A stretch of 64,000 nucleotides of DNA from Marsupella aquatica. Lineage: Eukaryota; Plantae; Marchantiophyta. A program made the position numbers and the translations under genes. Positions 1 through 12,466 of the stretch are shown here, one piece after another. The stretch lies in assembly GCA_973895155.1 (NCBI GenBank), contig OZ316896.1, positions 21,210,152 through 21,274,151 on the forward strand, in the 5' to 3' direction. Position 1 is the first letter of the stretch; each line of letters opens with the position of its first letter. A model generated the notes under the pieces. The model did no database searches. It was not told where the DNA came from and worked only from the letters and a program-made list of their open reading frames with translations.

Positions 1-167
1 TATGCAAAAGGGAAGTGGGTCATACTTTGCGACAGACATTAGACTCTTCCGTAAGTGGAGGGAACAGCAAAGATAAGATGGAGAGACCCCAATGTCGTTC
101 TCTACGGCATGATGAGCCTGAGACATTAGTTAGGCTCATTGAGTCTTTGACGCTGGACAGTCAGTAA
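1..167 (+). CDS. 3' end of CCHC zinc-knuckle gene, copy 0 (truncated by window edge)
   Basis: 1-167 matches 22461-22627 (CKREVGHTLRQ...ESLTLDSQ*), and the downstream flank is also shared. Confidence 0.8.
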   Translation, partial: CKREVGHTLRQTLDSSVSGGNSKDKMERPQCRSLRHDEPETLVRLIESLTLDSQ

Positions 168-2233
168 GAGTCGAAAAGGAATGCACGGCTCAACTTCATT
201 GAGAATTGGGGAACAATACTTAACTGCGCACACTCAACGCGCTAGCAAAGTATGCCTACACTTGATTCTAAGGTGATCTAACTGTAGAGATGAAGATCAA
301 TATATTGGACGAGAGACACAAGGGCGCGCCAGGAGTATAGGTACATGAACGTAATCATTCTTAGTCCACAGGCTCCCTTGGACAGTCACATGCACGCAGC
401 ACCAGGCGCAGCACCACCCTGAATTTCTGATTCCTTGGCATACGAAACATGACCAGTGACCTTATTGCACGGGCAAGGTATGTATCAGCTAGATGCCCAG
501 ACAAATGTAACAAATGTCGAGGAGGGTGATCGTTGGATGGAAAGCTAGACAATGGTCTGTCATTAATTATTGTAAGCGCGCGCAGTCTTACTAACTAATA
601 CCGCGACTAGTCAGGGACCGATACAATATGTTTTTGCCAACAGTGTCACACTTACTTCTAGTTTGGACCGACTGCTTTTGATATGTATTTGTGCCTGCAC
701 TTTGACGTCCATGAATGATGACCAATGTTTATATAGCTACCTTGGATGCTTGTTTGTATGTAAATACACATACTGCACATCGATTCTATGAAAATAAGAT
801 ACAAATGTTTTGATTTGGCACCTCACCTGATTAGGAATCAATCTTAGAACTGACCGTGAGGCTATAGTTTTAGGCAGTTACTTTCTCTTTGGCATGAGAG
901 ATCATCTTCATGAACTCTAGGTATGTACCGTGGGCCTCAGGCCACCGCCCTAAACCCTAAATTTAGACCCCCTTGTGAGCCACTCCTTTTCTAGTATATA
1001 TGGAATTATACTCCTAGTATTTGGAAACAGTTGTCGTGCGAGAGTGGATTGTTATCATTACCCACCACAATGCCCTGTGCAAGCCGGCTAGGGTATTATG
1101 GTAGTTTAGGTTCATCATTTAGAGGTGGGAGATGGTAGATGTGCTTGGTGTTCTGTTATCTAAGCAAGCATTCTCCTCTTAGTAACACTTTGGGCAGTGT
1201 TCTTGTAGCAAACCCTTATAAATTTAAACCATGAACCCTAAACTCTAAATTGTTCAAGTGGGCCAGGGTACAGATCAACCATTCAAACAGTCTAGCCACA
1301 TCAGTTCTCCCTTGTATCCAATGGTCCAGGTTAATACCGTTGTGTTTCCAGGCAAAGCTCCCATCCTCCATAACCTCAACCTGGGTCTGGATCAATCCAA
1401 ACAAAACCCAAACCTCCAAACAGTGAAGGTTACAATACTCCTTTTGGACAATAGTTGTGTGACCCAAGTATTCTACAAATTGTATATAGTTTGTCACTCA
1501 AGTGAACAAGTGATATAATGATGCATGTACTATATGGCCGTTTGCACACCTCGCCCTTCCTTCCATATAAAAAATTTGCCACATATTAATTTGGTATATT
1601 TGGTAGAGTTTTGGATAAATAGAAAGGTATTCTGGAATACATGTGTACAGGTTGTTTACTTGTACTTGATCCAGCTGGCAAAATTATCCCAAGATGGATA
1701 AAATGCACCCTGAATAGTTTTCATGTACTTCCACTATTAGAGATTAAAGGAATGAGGGTGAGGGCTTGTGCATGACACGCACTTGATATATAGAAGACAC
1801 TGACTCAAGATCAAGGTGACACTCACCAAAATGCAAGACAACTTGAGCCGGCTACGGTTTGACTGTTAAAATTAAGTGTCACAAGGAGGATATGCATGGT
1901 CGAGGAGTTGGGGATTTCCCCACCTGACTTGGTGAATCAGTGTACCATAACAAAGAAGTGGGGATTCCGGACATCTTAGGGAATTTGGTTGAAAATACCC
2001 ATGCTTTCCCATACATAACGAGGGATTTGATACTTCTAGCAGTTTGACGTTTCCCTGGGGTAATTTGCCTATGTGTCCCACAGGCGTGATATTTGGGGCG
2101 TTTCCCATAATATACCCAACTATAGAAGGGTTTAGCGCCTCCGCATTTCCCCACATTAATTTGCGTGTTTATTTGTATAAGCCGGAGGCAGTTGGCATAA
2201 TCCAGGTCCTTGGATGGTCGCGCTCTCCGCAAC

Positions 2234-3200
2234 ATCCGTGTGCATATTACCCGCATACCGTGGGGTATCGCTGGGGTATTTGGGATGTCAGCGTCCAATT
2301 GCCGCTCTCCAAGTGGCTTCGCTGAGGTGTGCAGGATGATAGTCATCTCCACCATCCAATTTTGCTGTGGTAAAGTGGGGATTCCGTGTGCATATTACCC
2401 GCATACCCGTGGGGTATCGCTGGGGTATTTGGGATGTCAACGTCCAATTGCCGCTCTCCAAGTGGCTTCGCTGAGGTGTGCAGGATGATATTCATCTCCA
2501 CCATCCAATTTTGTTGTGGTAAAGTGGGGATTCCGTGTGCATATTACCCGCATACCGTGGGGTATCTCTGGGGTATTTGGGTTGTCAGCGTCCAATTGCC
2601 GCTCTCCAAGTGGCTTCGCTGGTAGCCCTGGAGGTGCGCAGGATGATATGCATCTCCACCGTCCAATTTTGCTGTGGCTAAGTGGGGATTCCGTGTGCAT
2701 ATTACCCGCATACATTAGTGTATCTCTGGGGTATTTGGGTTGTCAGCGTCCAATGGCCACTCTCCAGGTGGCCTCGCTGGCAGCCCTGGAGGTGTGCAGG
2801 ATGATATGCATCTCTACCATCCAAATTTCCTGTTGTAAAGTGGGGGTTCTGTGTGTACATTACCCGCATACCCTGGGGTATCGTTGGGGTATTTGGTATG
2901 CCATTTCCAATTGCCGCTCTCCAGGTGGCTTCGCTAACAGCCCTGGAGGTTTGTAGGATGATATGCATCTTCACCGTCCAGATTTCCTATGTCGAAGCGG
3001 GGATTACTTGTGCATTTTACCTGCATACCGTGGGGTATTTGTAGGGTATTTTTGATTCCATGCTTCTTGCTGCGTCAAATTGCATCCGCATCGTCAAATT
3101 CCAGGATAATGTGCATCCGCATCGTCCAAATTGCCTACGATGAAGTGGGGATTCACAATGTAACGCCTATGTATTGTGGGGTATTGGGGGATCCTCACGT
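2234..3200. repeat. Tandem minisatellite, ~150-bp unit, about 6 progressively degenerate copies
   Basis: Unit GTGGGGATTCCGTGTGCATATTACCCGCATACCGTGGGGTATC...CCAATTGCCGCTCTCCAAGTGGCTTCGCTG...CCAATTTTGCTGTGG recurs near 2234, 2375, 2523, 2681, 2839 and 2997. Confidence 0.9.
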
Positions 3201-3889
3201 ATTACCAATGGGGTATTAAAAATGTCTGGCGTCCCAAGATGAATTGCATTGAAAACCATCCAGTCATATTGCCAATGAATACCATGAAATATTGATGGGT
3301 ATCGTGAATGTAAGGTTCTTTATTGGGCCCAGCTTACGCAAATGAAATTTCTAATATGGTTTTGAATCATTTCCTCATAGCGTTGTCCGGGTGACCGTGT
3401 TTTCTGGCAAGAGCATGTTGGCTCTTTTGAAGTTAACCTTGCATGCTCATAAGTTCTACACTAAAATCAAAATGATAATTCTAGTAACAAAGGTAGTGGG
3501 TATTAAGAAAGATTCAGGTGAAACTAAAATACTATTAAACCCTACTTCACCATACTTGCGGACCAACACATCACGAAAATTAGTTTTCTTACGACATACG
3601 ATCCTAATATCTCCAAGAAAAAATGAAACAAGAATATCATCCGGACTCCTATTCAGATCCATGACTTCAATAAAGGACAAAGATGATGCACTCCCACTTC
3701 TCTCGGTACGACACCACTGGGTATATTATTGGCTCGTTAGAAACCATAACAGCAGTTGCAAACTGAGCTCCAAAATGATAGGTTAGATGTTGCCTCATAG
3801 ATGGTTTGTCTAAAAGATGGACTCTAATCAAAAACGGATTATAAAGGGGAAGATTAGGGATAACTCTCTCTCCTGGATTCATGATGGCT

Positions 3890-4420
3890 CTCCTATTCCT
3901 TTGCTATCCGGGCCAAAGGACGCCTCACCCCTATATTCCCAAAGAAACCTTATTTGCTAAGGTCCCATCTATACGTCTACCACTCATTCCTTTGCTATCC
4001 GGGCCAAAGGACGCCCCACTACTATGTTCAAGGCACAAAAGAACTTCACAACCTTGAATGATAAATACTGCGAAATGAGGGGAGAGTGCCCCTCACCACT
4101 TTATTTATAGTGCACACCAAGAGGGCATGGATCAAGCCCAAGCACTTGGATGAAGGCCAAGTGTCAAACATCTAATACCAAAGAGTGTGCTAGTATTGTT
4201 CATAGTTGGTGAAACTACTTTTAGTAGGTGGAACTACCATGCGTTGGTGGAACTACTATGCGTTGGTGGACCTACTGTGCGTTGGTAAAACTACTGTGCG
4301 TTAGTAAAACTACTATGTGCTGATGGACCTACTGTGCGTTGGTAGAACTACTATGCGTTGGTGAATATTATTGTAGTTGGTGGAACTACTCATATGCATT
4401 GGTGGAATTACTATAGTCCG
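3890..4420 (-). mobile_element. Probable degenerate solo/truncated LTR
   Basis: Duplicated TCCTTTGCTATCCGGGCCAAAGGACGCC (about 3897 and 3988), minus-strand CTATAAATAA (~4101-4110), and a ~19-bp TTGGTGGAACTACTATGCG array (4200-4420). The layout resembles the Copia LTR in this window. No TG..CA ends or TSD were found. Confidence 0.4.
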
Positions 4421-6062
4421 TTAAAATAGCTAAAGAGTTTTAATAAAATCTAAATTTAATAATCTAACTACTAAATTACTTATATAATCTATAGCATATT
4501 AAAACAAACAATTTTTTATAACTTAAGAGAAAATCACGACAGCGTTGTAAATAAGATCACAGTGAGTTAAGTAGCATTCATTTGTACATTAGAAACTAAG
4601 TACATTAGCAACTCCCATCTCTCTCTCTCTATATATATATATATGTATATATATATGTGAAACACGAAGCAAGTAGTGGTGGCCCTTGGTCAATATATAA
4701 TGCAATCATATTCATAACCTGTCTAGCTTGTGCCGTTTATAGAGCGATGCAGGTATGCTATCTATGTAGTGAGTACTATACCTCTTCCCCGACTTTCTTC
4801 ATAGCATTTTCAGGGTCCTTTGCTGGCCATCGGCATTTAAAGCCGGAAGATGTTCCTCCCTAGTATACATTTCTGAGCTTCCATGCCTGGCTGACGCCTG
4901 GCTGATCTACCCATACAGTATGCAAATAACATGACCTCAGTCCCAGTGTTTAAAAACCAGTTAAGCCATATGAGGCTGAGGCATAAGTTACAGTATAAGA
5001 AGTCGGTACAAGAATTAAGTCCTCTAGCTAAATACAGCTTGTGAAATTGGGTGTTCTTTCTAGCATGCATTCTTTTGATGGGTATGTGTCAATAATGCAA
5101 GCTAAATCACATAGGAGCACCAAATGTGCATGAACAAAGAATACAAGTCGAACAGGGATTCCTGGTGGCTCCACATAAGTGCAAAGTTAATCTGCTCTGA
5201 ATTCAACTGCTTAGTGTAGAAAAATTAAAGCAGGAGAATTCTTCATTGTTGTAAACAAGATTCCCGGATCAAGGTTGTAAGTCAATCAGCTTTTGCAAAA
5301 ACCCTATACTCTCAAAGTGGGTTTCACCTTTTAAGCCATCTGAAGACAGAAAACTGGACACTTCAAAGATTTGATGTCACTCCCTTATCACCTAAATGGA
5401 AATGGGCAGGTGTGGCAACATCTAAAACTGTCTGAGTGGATCCAACTGGGATATAAGAAAAATAATGAGTCATGCAGGAAGTACTGTCAACCTGAATAAA
5501 TTTGAGCAACACTTCCTACTCTAAAGATAGACTCTGGCCAGATAGTGTGACCATGTTTTAAAATTAACCTTAATATGCACACCCCATCCTTGGATGGCAG
5601 AGCATAATTTGGAAATGTTTGGACCACCTATGGATGTGGTGCAAAATTCTAAACAAAGTAAGCGTTCCATGCTGGCATTTACTTCAAGAGCCCACTCCTT
5701 GAATTGTCATGTAGGATCTATAGAGCACGGTCATACTTGTGTGGGGTGGGAGTTCTTGTAAAGCCACCTGCAGTACGTAGTTTCAGCTCATTAAAGATAA
5801 CAACTGCAGATGGCTTTAATTTTAGAGTCAATGGAGTCCCTAATATTACAACAATTTCCATTGTGTATGCACCAACATATATGCAGTTAAGTTACATGTG
5901 GCACATGATAAGTGCATGACATGTGGCACATAAGTGTGCAATAATACTTTCCATAAAATAGGAAATAACAACCAGAAGTGAATACTATAAACCCTTTGTC
6001 ATATTATAAGCAAAAACTCATCCTATTAATATGGCCTTCTTCCAAAGTATATTAATATCTGT

Positions 6063-6358
6063 CTCGGGGGTTTCACTTCCACAAAAATGGCATATCACAT
6101 GCGACGAAGGATAGGGTCATTTTATTGGTTCTAAAGGAAGACTTAAGAATTTTTGTAGAAGAACAATAGGGTCTTTTAAATTCAATTTTGAGACTTCTAA
6201 GAACATTAGGGTCTTTTTAATCCAATTTTTAGAATATTCCAAGAATATTCCAACTTTATAGGGGTTAACAAATAATTTTTTTTCTTACATTTTAGGGGGT
6301 CCGAGGCCTAAAAATGTCGCAGGCGGTGGGGAGGTCCCCATATAGTGAGACCCCCGAG
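6063..6358 (+). mobile_element. MITE (family A), complete
   Basis: TIRs CTCGGGGGTTTCACT / AGTGAGACCCCCGAG; perfect 8-bp TSD ATATCTGT at 6055-6062 and 6359-6366; no ORF. Confidence 0.9.
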
Positions 6359-6713
6359 ATATCTGTGCATGTAATTATTAGTTGAACACAATTTAGAATA
6401 GCCTTCATTTGTTTGCACGTGGTTGGAAGACTGAGTCTGACGAATGATTCCCCAAGGGAGATTTATCAATTATGGTATGCTACACTACATTGGGAAAACA
6501 CCATGTTTGGCTGTTAATTGGGCACCTTAAAAAATAAACGTTAGTTCCCGCATTAGTTACCTGGCTGGTCTGTGTGTTGAGTACTTTCTTCCTCATTTTT
6601 CTCTTCTTCATCTCCACGTACCCATTCAAACATTGTCTCGCTGTCCCTAAACTCGGGCCATTTGGATTTCTCAGCAAAAGCAGGTTTGCTAGGCTCTCCA
6701 TCCCATTTGGACT

Positions 6714-6996
6714 CTTGGGGGTCTCACTATATGGAGACCTCTCCATCACTTACAACATTTTTAGGCCTCACACCCCCCAAAATGTAAGCAAAATTTTTAA
6801 CCTTTATAAAATTGGAATATTCTTGGAATATGCTCAAATTTTGATTAAACAGACCATAATGTTCTTATAACCTAGTCTCAAAATTAAATTAAAAAAAACC
6901 ATATTGTTCTTCTGCAAAAATTCTGAAGTTTTCCCTTAGAACCAATAAAACAACCCTATCCTTTGTCACACGTGATGTGTCCATTTTTCCCCCGAG
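6714..6996 (-). mobile_element. MITE (family A), inverted copy
   Basis: Reverse-complement match to 6063-6358; ends CTTGGGGG..CCCCCGAG; degenerate TSD TTTGGACT/TCTAGACT. Confidence 0.8.
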
Positions 6997-7362
6997 TCTA
7001 GACTTTCGATCCCTTCTTCTCAATCACCCGCCGTATCATTTTGAATGCATTTTGAGTGAGAAAAAAGTTGCACATTTTATAGTCCAAAGGGTTTGCATCC
7101 TGAGATGTTTGCCTAAGAAAAATTAATGAGAGAAGTTTGTTCATTGTGAGTCTAAGATCCCGCCTGAGATCATGTTTTGATAAATGAATAGATAGTGATC
7201 AAAATATGAACCACAGATTGTATTAGAAATCCTGACATTTTGGCCACCAATCTTTACATCACCAGCAACAATATATTGCACCTAGCTGAGGTGTATTACA
7301 ACCCTCATGCTATTGGATGCAAACTCCCTTCTACTATGCACCCTGCTAGATGCACGCACAGA

Positions 7363-9461
7363 CTCAAGGGTTTCACTTCCACAAAAATGGCACATCACGT
7401 GCAACGAAGGATAAGGTTGTTTTATTAACTTCTATAATAAAGGGTTGCATCACTTTTTGAAGTGGTCGTCATTCAAATTTGGCGAGGTTTTTTTAGTGAA
7501 AGAAAAAGGAAGTGGAAAGAGAGAAAGGAATAAAAAGAAAATCATTATGTTTGGTGTGAACACATTTCTCCAAGCAAGAAAAGGACAAAGTATGCCCCTT
7601 TTATCTTCAATGCTACAACATGCTCCTCCCTCTACCATCCATGCCATACTATGCTCCATGTCATATCATCCAAGCATATATAGGAAGTGCTACATAATGA
7701 CATCATGAGAGGATTTTAATGGCAAATATGACATAATCAATAAAATAGTGCAGAATCTAATAATTAGAACAAAGACAAGTAAAATAGTAAAAAGGAGGGG
7801 GGTATTAAGGTTTTAAAAACATGATTAAAAATAAATAAATAAACATTCTCATTTTGTTGTACATAGTTAATTTGGTGCTGGTTGTCGCCTCTAATTTGTG
7901 TCATGACACCTTAATTTCACTCGACAATTTTTTTGGTCTGCAACAAGATCTTTTTAATGAAGATATATTTTGTACCATGATCTTTTTAATCAACTACATT
8001 TTAGCACAACATCATCAATTATGCATTTGACATCTTTTGCCAAACAATATGTTTTAGTAAACTACATCTTTTGCACAACAACATATTTTACTTAATATAT
8101 GACATCTTTCAAGCAACCACATATTTTACTTAGCAACATTCATGATCTTTTATATAACAACATCTTAAATGCAACAACATATTTACGCAAGAACATCTTT
8201 GTGCAACGCATGTGGATTCTTACCTCAACATCTTTTCCCACCTTGACATCTTGATCTCACCTTGACATCTTTCCCTCACCCTTGACATCCTTTCTCTCCT
8301 CCACGTCCTTTTCTCACCTTGCCATATTGTCTCTTGCCTTACAGCTGTCTCACTCTCCGATGCAAGTAGAATGGGAAACTTTCTGATAGTTTTAAAATGG
8401 GACATATTATCCGACTGTGAGAGAATGGGACACTTGTCGTCCAATGTAGAAAGTATGGTAAAAATCTGATGGACATAGAAACAATCGAAGGGTACTATTT
8501 GGCTCCGTACCGGAAAGTGTCACTGACGGAAAAAAGAGCATCGGAAAAACCCAAAATATTTATCAGTGTTCTTGACATCTTTTTTTCACCTCAATTTCTT
8601 TTCCTCACCTCAACATCCTTTTTTCTCACTGACATATTTTTTCACATCAACATCTGACCTTTTTCTCACCTTCACATGTTTTTCTCACCACAACATCATT
8701 CCCTCACCCGTTGACATCTTTAGTTTCTCTCCTCAACATGTTTTCCGGCCTCTTCAACATCTTTGTTCACCTTGACATCTTCTCCTTACCTCAACATCTT
8801 TTTCTCACCTTGACATCTTTTCTCTTGACATCTTTTCTCTCAACATTTTTTTCTCACTTCAACATCCTTTTCTTAGCATGACATCTTTTTCTCACCATGC
8901 CATCTTTTGTGCAACTTTTACTTAACGACATCTTAGGCAACATGACATCTATTTTCTTAAGGACATCTTGGGTCCAAAACATTTTTTTTCTTAACAATAT
9001 TTTAGCTAACATGATAATTATCTATTTTTCATAATGACACCTTGGGAGACACATTATCTTTCACAACATCTTGGGCGCCACAATATCTTTTTGCTTAACA
9101 ATATCTTGGGCACCACGATGTAAGTTCTATTTCTTAATGTCATTATCTAGGGCGACATGACATCTTTGTTCACAACATCTTTTGTGCAACGCATGGGTAT
9201 TGAGCTAGTTAGTTCCAAGGAAAGACTTGAGAATTTTCTGAGCAAAAGAACAATAGGGTCCTTTTAATCCAAATGAATTTGAGACTTATAAGAATATTGG
9301 GGTTTTTTTAGTCAAAATTTTGGAACATTCCAAAAATATTCCACTTTATAGGGGTTACAAAATAAATATTGTTTCTTACATTTTAGGGGGTACAGGGCCT
9401 AAAAGTGTTGCAAGTAATGGGGAGGCCTCTATCCCGGCCTCTATATATTGAGACCCCCAAG
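7363..9461 (+). mobile_element. MITE (family A) split by a Helitron insertion
   Basis: 7363-7424 matches the MITE 5' part; 9209-9461 resumes the MITE to its GAGACCCCCAAG end; flanks GCACAGA/GCATAGA. Confidence 0.8.
7425..9208 (+). mobile_element. Non-autonomous Helitron
   Basis: Inserted between A and T of the host MITE with no TSD. The 3' end GTGCAACGCATGGGTATTGAGCTAG resembles the plant Helitron sub-terminal hairpin plus CTAG. The 5' end is AT-rich (TTAACTTCTATAATAA) and the interior has ACATCT-rich short repeats. Confidence 0.7.
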
Positions 9462-9873
9462 GCATAGATAGCCACACCAGAAAAAACTTTAGGAACATCG
9501 TTAAAACACCTTGGGCAGCTTGCATGTCAAAACAAACCTAATGAAATTAGTTGTAAGGTAGAATTTAAATCTGGAACATATCACAAGGCAAAATTGACAC
9601 ACTCCCATGTTGGGGAAACTCCCACTTAGGCACTGTTTTCCCTAGCATGCTCACACTAATGTGGGGAAAAGCACGAAGTCTGTATTTAAATGAACACAAG
9701 CCCACATTGCATGATAGGGAATAGTCCTCACTTTGAATGTAGGAATTTGACAAGTAGGAACACAAACCTGACCCCCAAGGCATGACCCAAATGGAAACCA
9801 TAGTAATAGCATAAGCTTGAACCCAGAGAATATACAAATATAAATACAGGTGCTTGTTTATTATGACCTGGAG

Positions 9874-10294
9874 TGTTGGGTATTTACTCTTACGTCTAGG
9901 TTAGGTATGACGTGGTTGGTACAACAACGTGGGTTGGTACAACTACATGGTTAGGTACAACTATGTGATTAGGTACAACTATGTGGTTAGGTACAACTAC
10001 GTGATTAGGTACAACTATGTGGTTAGGTACAACTAAGTTGCACACTATATCATAAGAGGCATGTATGCTTGGAGAGGTAGAACCAAGGCTCATTGTTATG
10101 GAGCCACTTGAGAGATAGGGAGAGCTTACACTGTGGAGACTCGGTATAGTCAACGGGCTTAGAGTTCAGTAAAGCTCTCTTGTGTGTTCCCGTGGACGTA
10201 GCCTCAAGGAGGTGAACCACGTATCTCTTGTGTCGACTATTGTGCGTTGGATGGTTCATGGGCTTGCCGTTGCGATCGTCGTCTATGCTCAACA
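9874..10294 (+). repeat. Copia 5' LTR
   Basis: TGTTGGG...CTCAACA. Differs from the 3' LTR at about 8 positions by eye, all transitions. Contains an 18-bp GGTTAGGTACAACTAYGT array. Confidence 0.95.
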
Positions 10295-10296
10295 AT

Positions 10297-10308
10297 TGGT
10301 ATAAGAGC
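10297..10308 (+). promoter_or_regulatory. Primer-binding site (initiator tRNA-Met)
   Basis: TGGTATAAGAGC, one mismatch to canonical TGGTATCAGAGC, 2 nt after the 5' LTR. Confidence 0.9.
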
Positions 10309-11446
10309 ATGCTTGGGAGGTGACGTGTGTTCGTGACGGGATTTCATTACGGTTTTTCCAGCGTTGAGTGTCGGTGGATTTCCCGGAGTTCCATCGCATG
10401 GAACTTGGAGTTTATGGGCTCAACGGATAGATCGGGGCAAGAGCTTTCTAACGGTGTGAAGAAATCGCTGAACGGAGCTCGTGGTGCAGAGAGATCTAAG
10501 TTTTCGTCGTTCTGGATTTTGTGAAGAAAGTTGGCAATCGACTCGGAGGGAGAAGCGTCAAGTGTTTTGACTCAACGGAGAGATTGAGGCAAGATGATTG
10601 TTTTGAGTCCGGGATTGGCTCTTTGATGCAAAGAGGAAGGCTAAGCAAAATCAATTACCTTGTTGGACTTGGTGATGGCACCAAGTGCAATTGATCAACA
10701 TTCGTTGTTGACAAGGTACCATTTTTTCTCTTTGAAAAACTGATTCGAAATTGGCTATGGCAATTGAGAGAAATCTGTCATCTTTACTAATTTTTTTCTC
10801 CCTCGTTCTTTCCTCGTTTTGGGTGCTTCTTATATCGATCTTCACCGCCTCGGAGTCTAGTTTCCAAATCTGAAATCAGATCTTGATTTCGTCAAAACCC
10901 GAGTGAGATATCTTGCGTTTGGTGTCGAGGGGTACATTCTGCCGTGTGTATTTTCTGCGCGCGCGACCAGATTTCAACGACGAAGGGTGGTAGGGGGTTT
11001 TGGGGGTTTGAGGACACGTGTCAGCCCCTCGATTGTTCTTCCAAAATTCCCACAGGGCCTGTACAAGGGTCATAGAATATTCCAAAAAACCAGCGAGCTA
11101 TTTTTTGACCGTTCGACAAAGATTTTATCCGCCGAACGGTAACTTTTTTGGTTATTTTTTGGCGAGGTCGTAGCCATTGAAGTTGGCAACGCGGCGCACC
11201 AATCACATCGTAATTCCGACAACGGGTTGTACTTGGTATTTCGGTTATTCCCTGAGGTGGTCAAAACGGGGGAGTTTCCCAAGGTTTTACCCACCTCGAC
11301 AGAAATTTGAATAACTTTTCCGTCAAATTTCAATTTTGATTTCGGTTTTCAGTATTGGACTCCTAGCTTTGTGGGCTACGCGGCGGTGTTGAGTTTTGAG
11401 TTTTTTGAGAAGTTGTGAAAAACAACAATTTTTGTGATTTTCTCAT

Positions 11447-12466
11447 ATGAGTGATTCGGAGGAGTTTTTCGAAGACGTGGAACTTGAAGCACGAGGATCA
11501 CCGCGGCGGTTTCAGGGGCAGAGAGAGGAGCAAGAGGAAGAGCACGTGACACCGATACCATCACCGGTGCGGCGTGTGGTGGAGGAAGCAGTACTACTAC
11601 CGGAGCTCACGGTAGTGCCAAAGAAGAAGATGGGGACTTTCAAGCTTGGGAGACCCAAGTATGAAGTGACAAAGTATGATGGGCGCTCTGACTACTTGCT
11701 ATGGGAGAAGCAGGTGAAGGGAGTGCTCTATGCGTCAGGGATGGGCCAACTGCTGAGCCCTCGTGAAGACGATGTTGATGAGAAACAATGGGACCGCATG
11801 CAGGAGCAGGGAGTGTGGTGTGTTACACTCTATCTCATGCCTCCCATCATCAAGCAGTTGGGTGCACATAAGGATTGCATGTCCTTGTTTGCGGAATTGC
11901 AGAGCAAGTATCACCGCAAGGAGTTGTCGAACCGGCTCTACACTTCCTACAAACTGATGAGTTTCAGGATGAAGGAATCCGGTACAAAGTTGCAAGACCA
12001 TGTGGATGCTTTCAATGACATGGTCGTTGACTTGGAAAACCTTGGGGAGACTTTGAATGATGAGACGAAGGCTCTGCAGCTTCTTAGTTCATTGCCTCCA
12101 TCTTACCAGTCCCTATCACGAGTGTTGTTGCATCGTGATAGGGATATCATTTCATACAATGACGTGGTAAGTTCTCTGCTTAGTGATGATCTTCAGCAGA
12201 AGATGCACATCACATCACAGCCTTCATCATCTGGTGCTGCCCTCAATGTTAACCGTGGGAGGGGTATGCAGCGACCAACTGGGGACCGTAGAACCCAATT
12301 TAGATCTAAATCCAGATCTAAGTCCAAGGGTAAATCCCCTCAGAGGAGCAACCAAGTTGGACACTTCAAGCGAGACTGTAAGGGAAAGGCAACGGAAACT
12401 TCATCGGCAAATGTGGCTAGGGCTGATGGAGAAGCTGATTTACTCAATGATGAGTATGTTTTATGA
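11447..12466 (+). CDS. Copia gag (UBN2/Retrotran_gag_2 type; zinc knuckle partly deleted)
   Basis: KYDGRSDYLLW, NRLYTSYKLMSFRM and LLSSLPPSY motifs; only GHFKRDC remains of the CCHC knuckle. Confidence 0.9.
   Translation: MSDSEEFFEDVELEARGSPRRFQGQREEQEEEHVTPIPSPVRRVVEEAVLLPELTVVPKKKMGTFKLGRPKYEVTKYDGRSDYLLWEKQVKGVLYASGMGQLLSPREDDVDEKQWDRMQEQGVWCVTLYLMPPIIKQLGAHKDCMSLFAELQSKYHRKELSNRLYTSYKLMSFRMKESGTKLQDHVDAFNDMVVDLENLGETLNDETKALQLLSSLPPSYQSLSRVLLHRDRDIISYNDVVSSLLSDDLQQKMHITSQPSSSGAALNVNRGRGMQRPTGDRRTQFRSKSRSKSKGKSPQRSNQVGHFKRDCKGKATETSSANVARADGEADLLNDEYVL

Larger units (their letters stand above)
1..5135. repeat. Segmental-duplication unit, copy 0 (gene 3' end plus flank)
   Basis: 1-~985 aligns to 22461-~23445; 1216-1879 aligns to ~33470-34148; 4851-5135 aligns to 34146-34459. 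Confidence 0.85.

Noticed and set aside
361-552. 63-aa antisense ORF repeated at 22821-23012
   Set aside because: TTG start, broken by indels in copies 2 and 3; it lies in the 3' flank.
2234-3200. Regular repeat array as a CRISPR locus
   Set aside because: Units repeat over their whole length with no unique spacers, there are no cas genes, and the context is eukaryotic.
9896-10310. ORFs with VVPNHI repeats (also at 15947-16346)
   Set aside because: Antisense translations of the 18-bp LTR repeat, duplicated only because the LTRs are.
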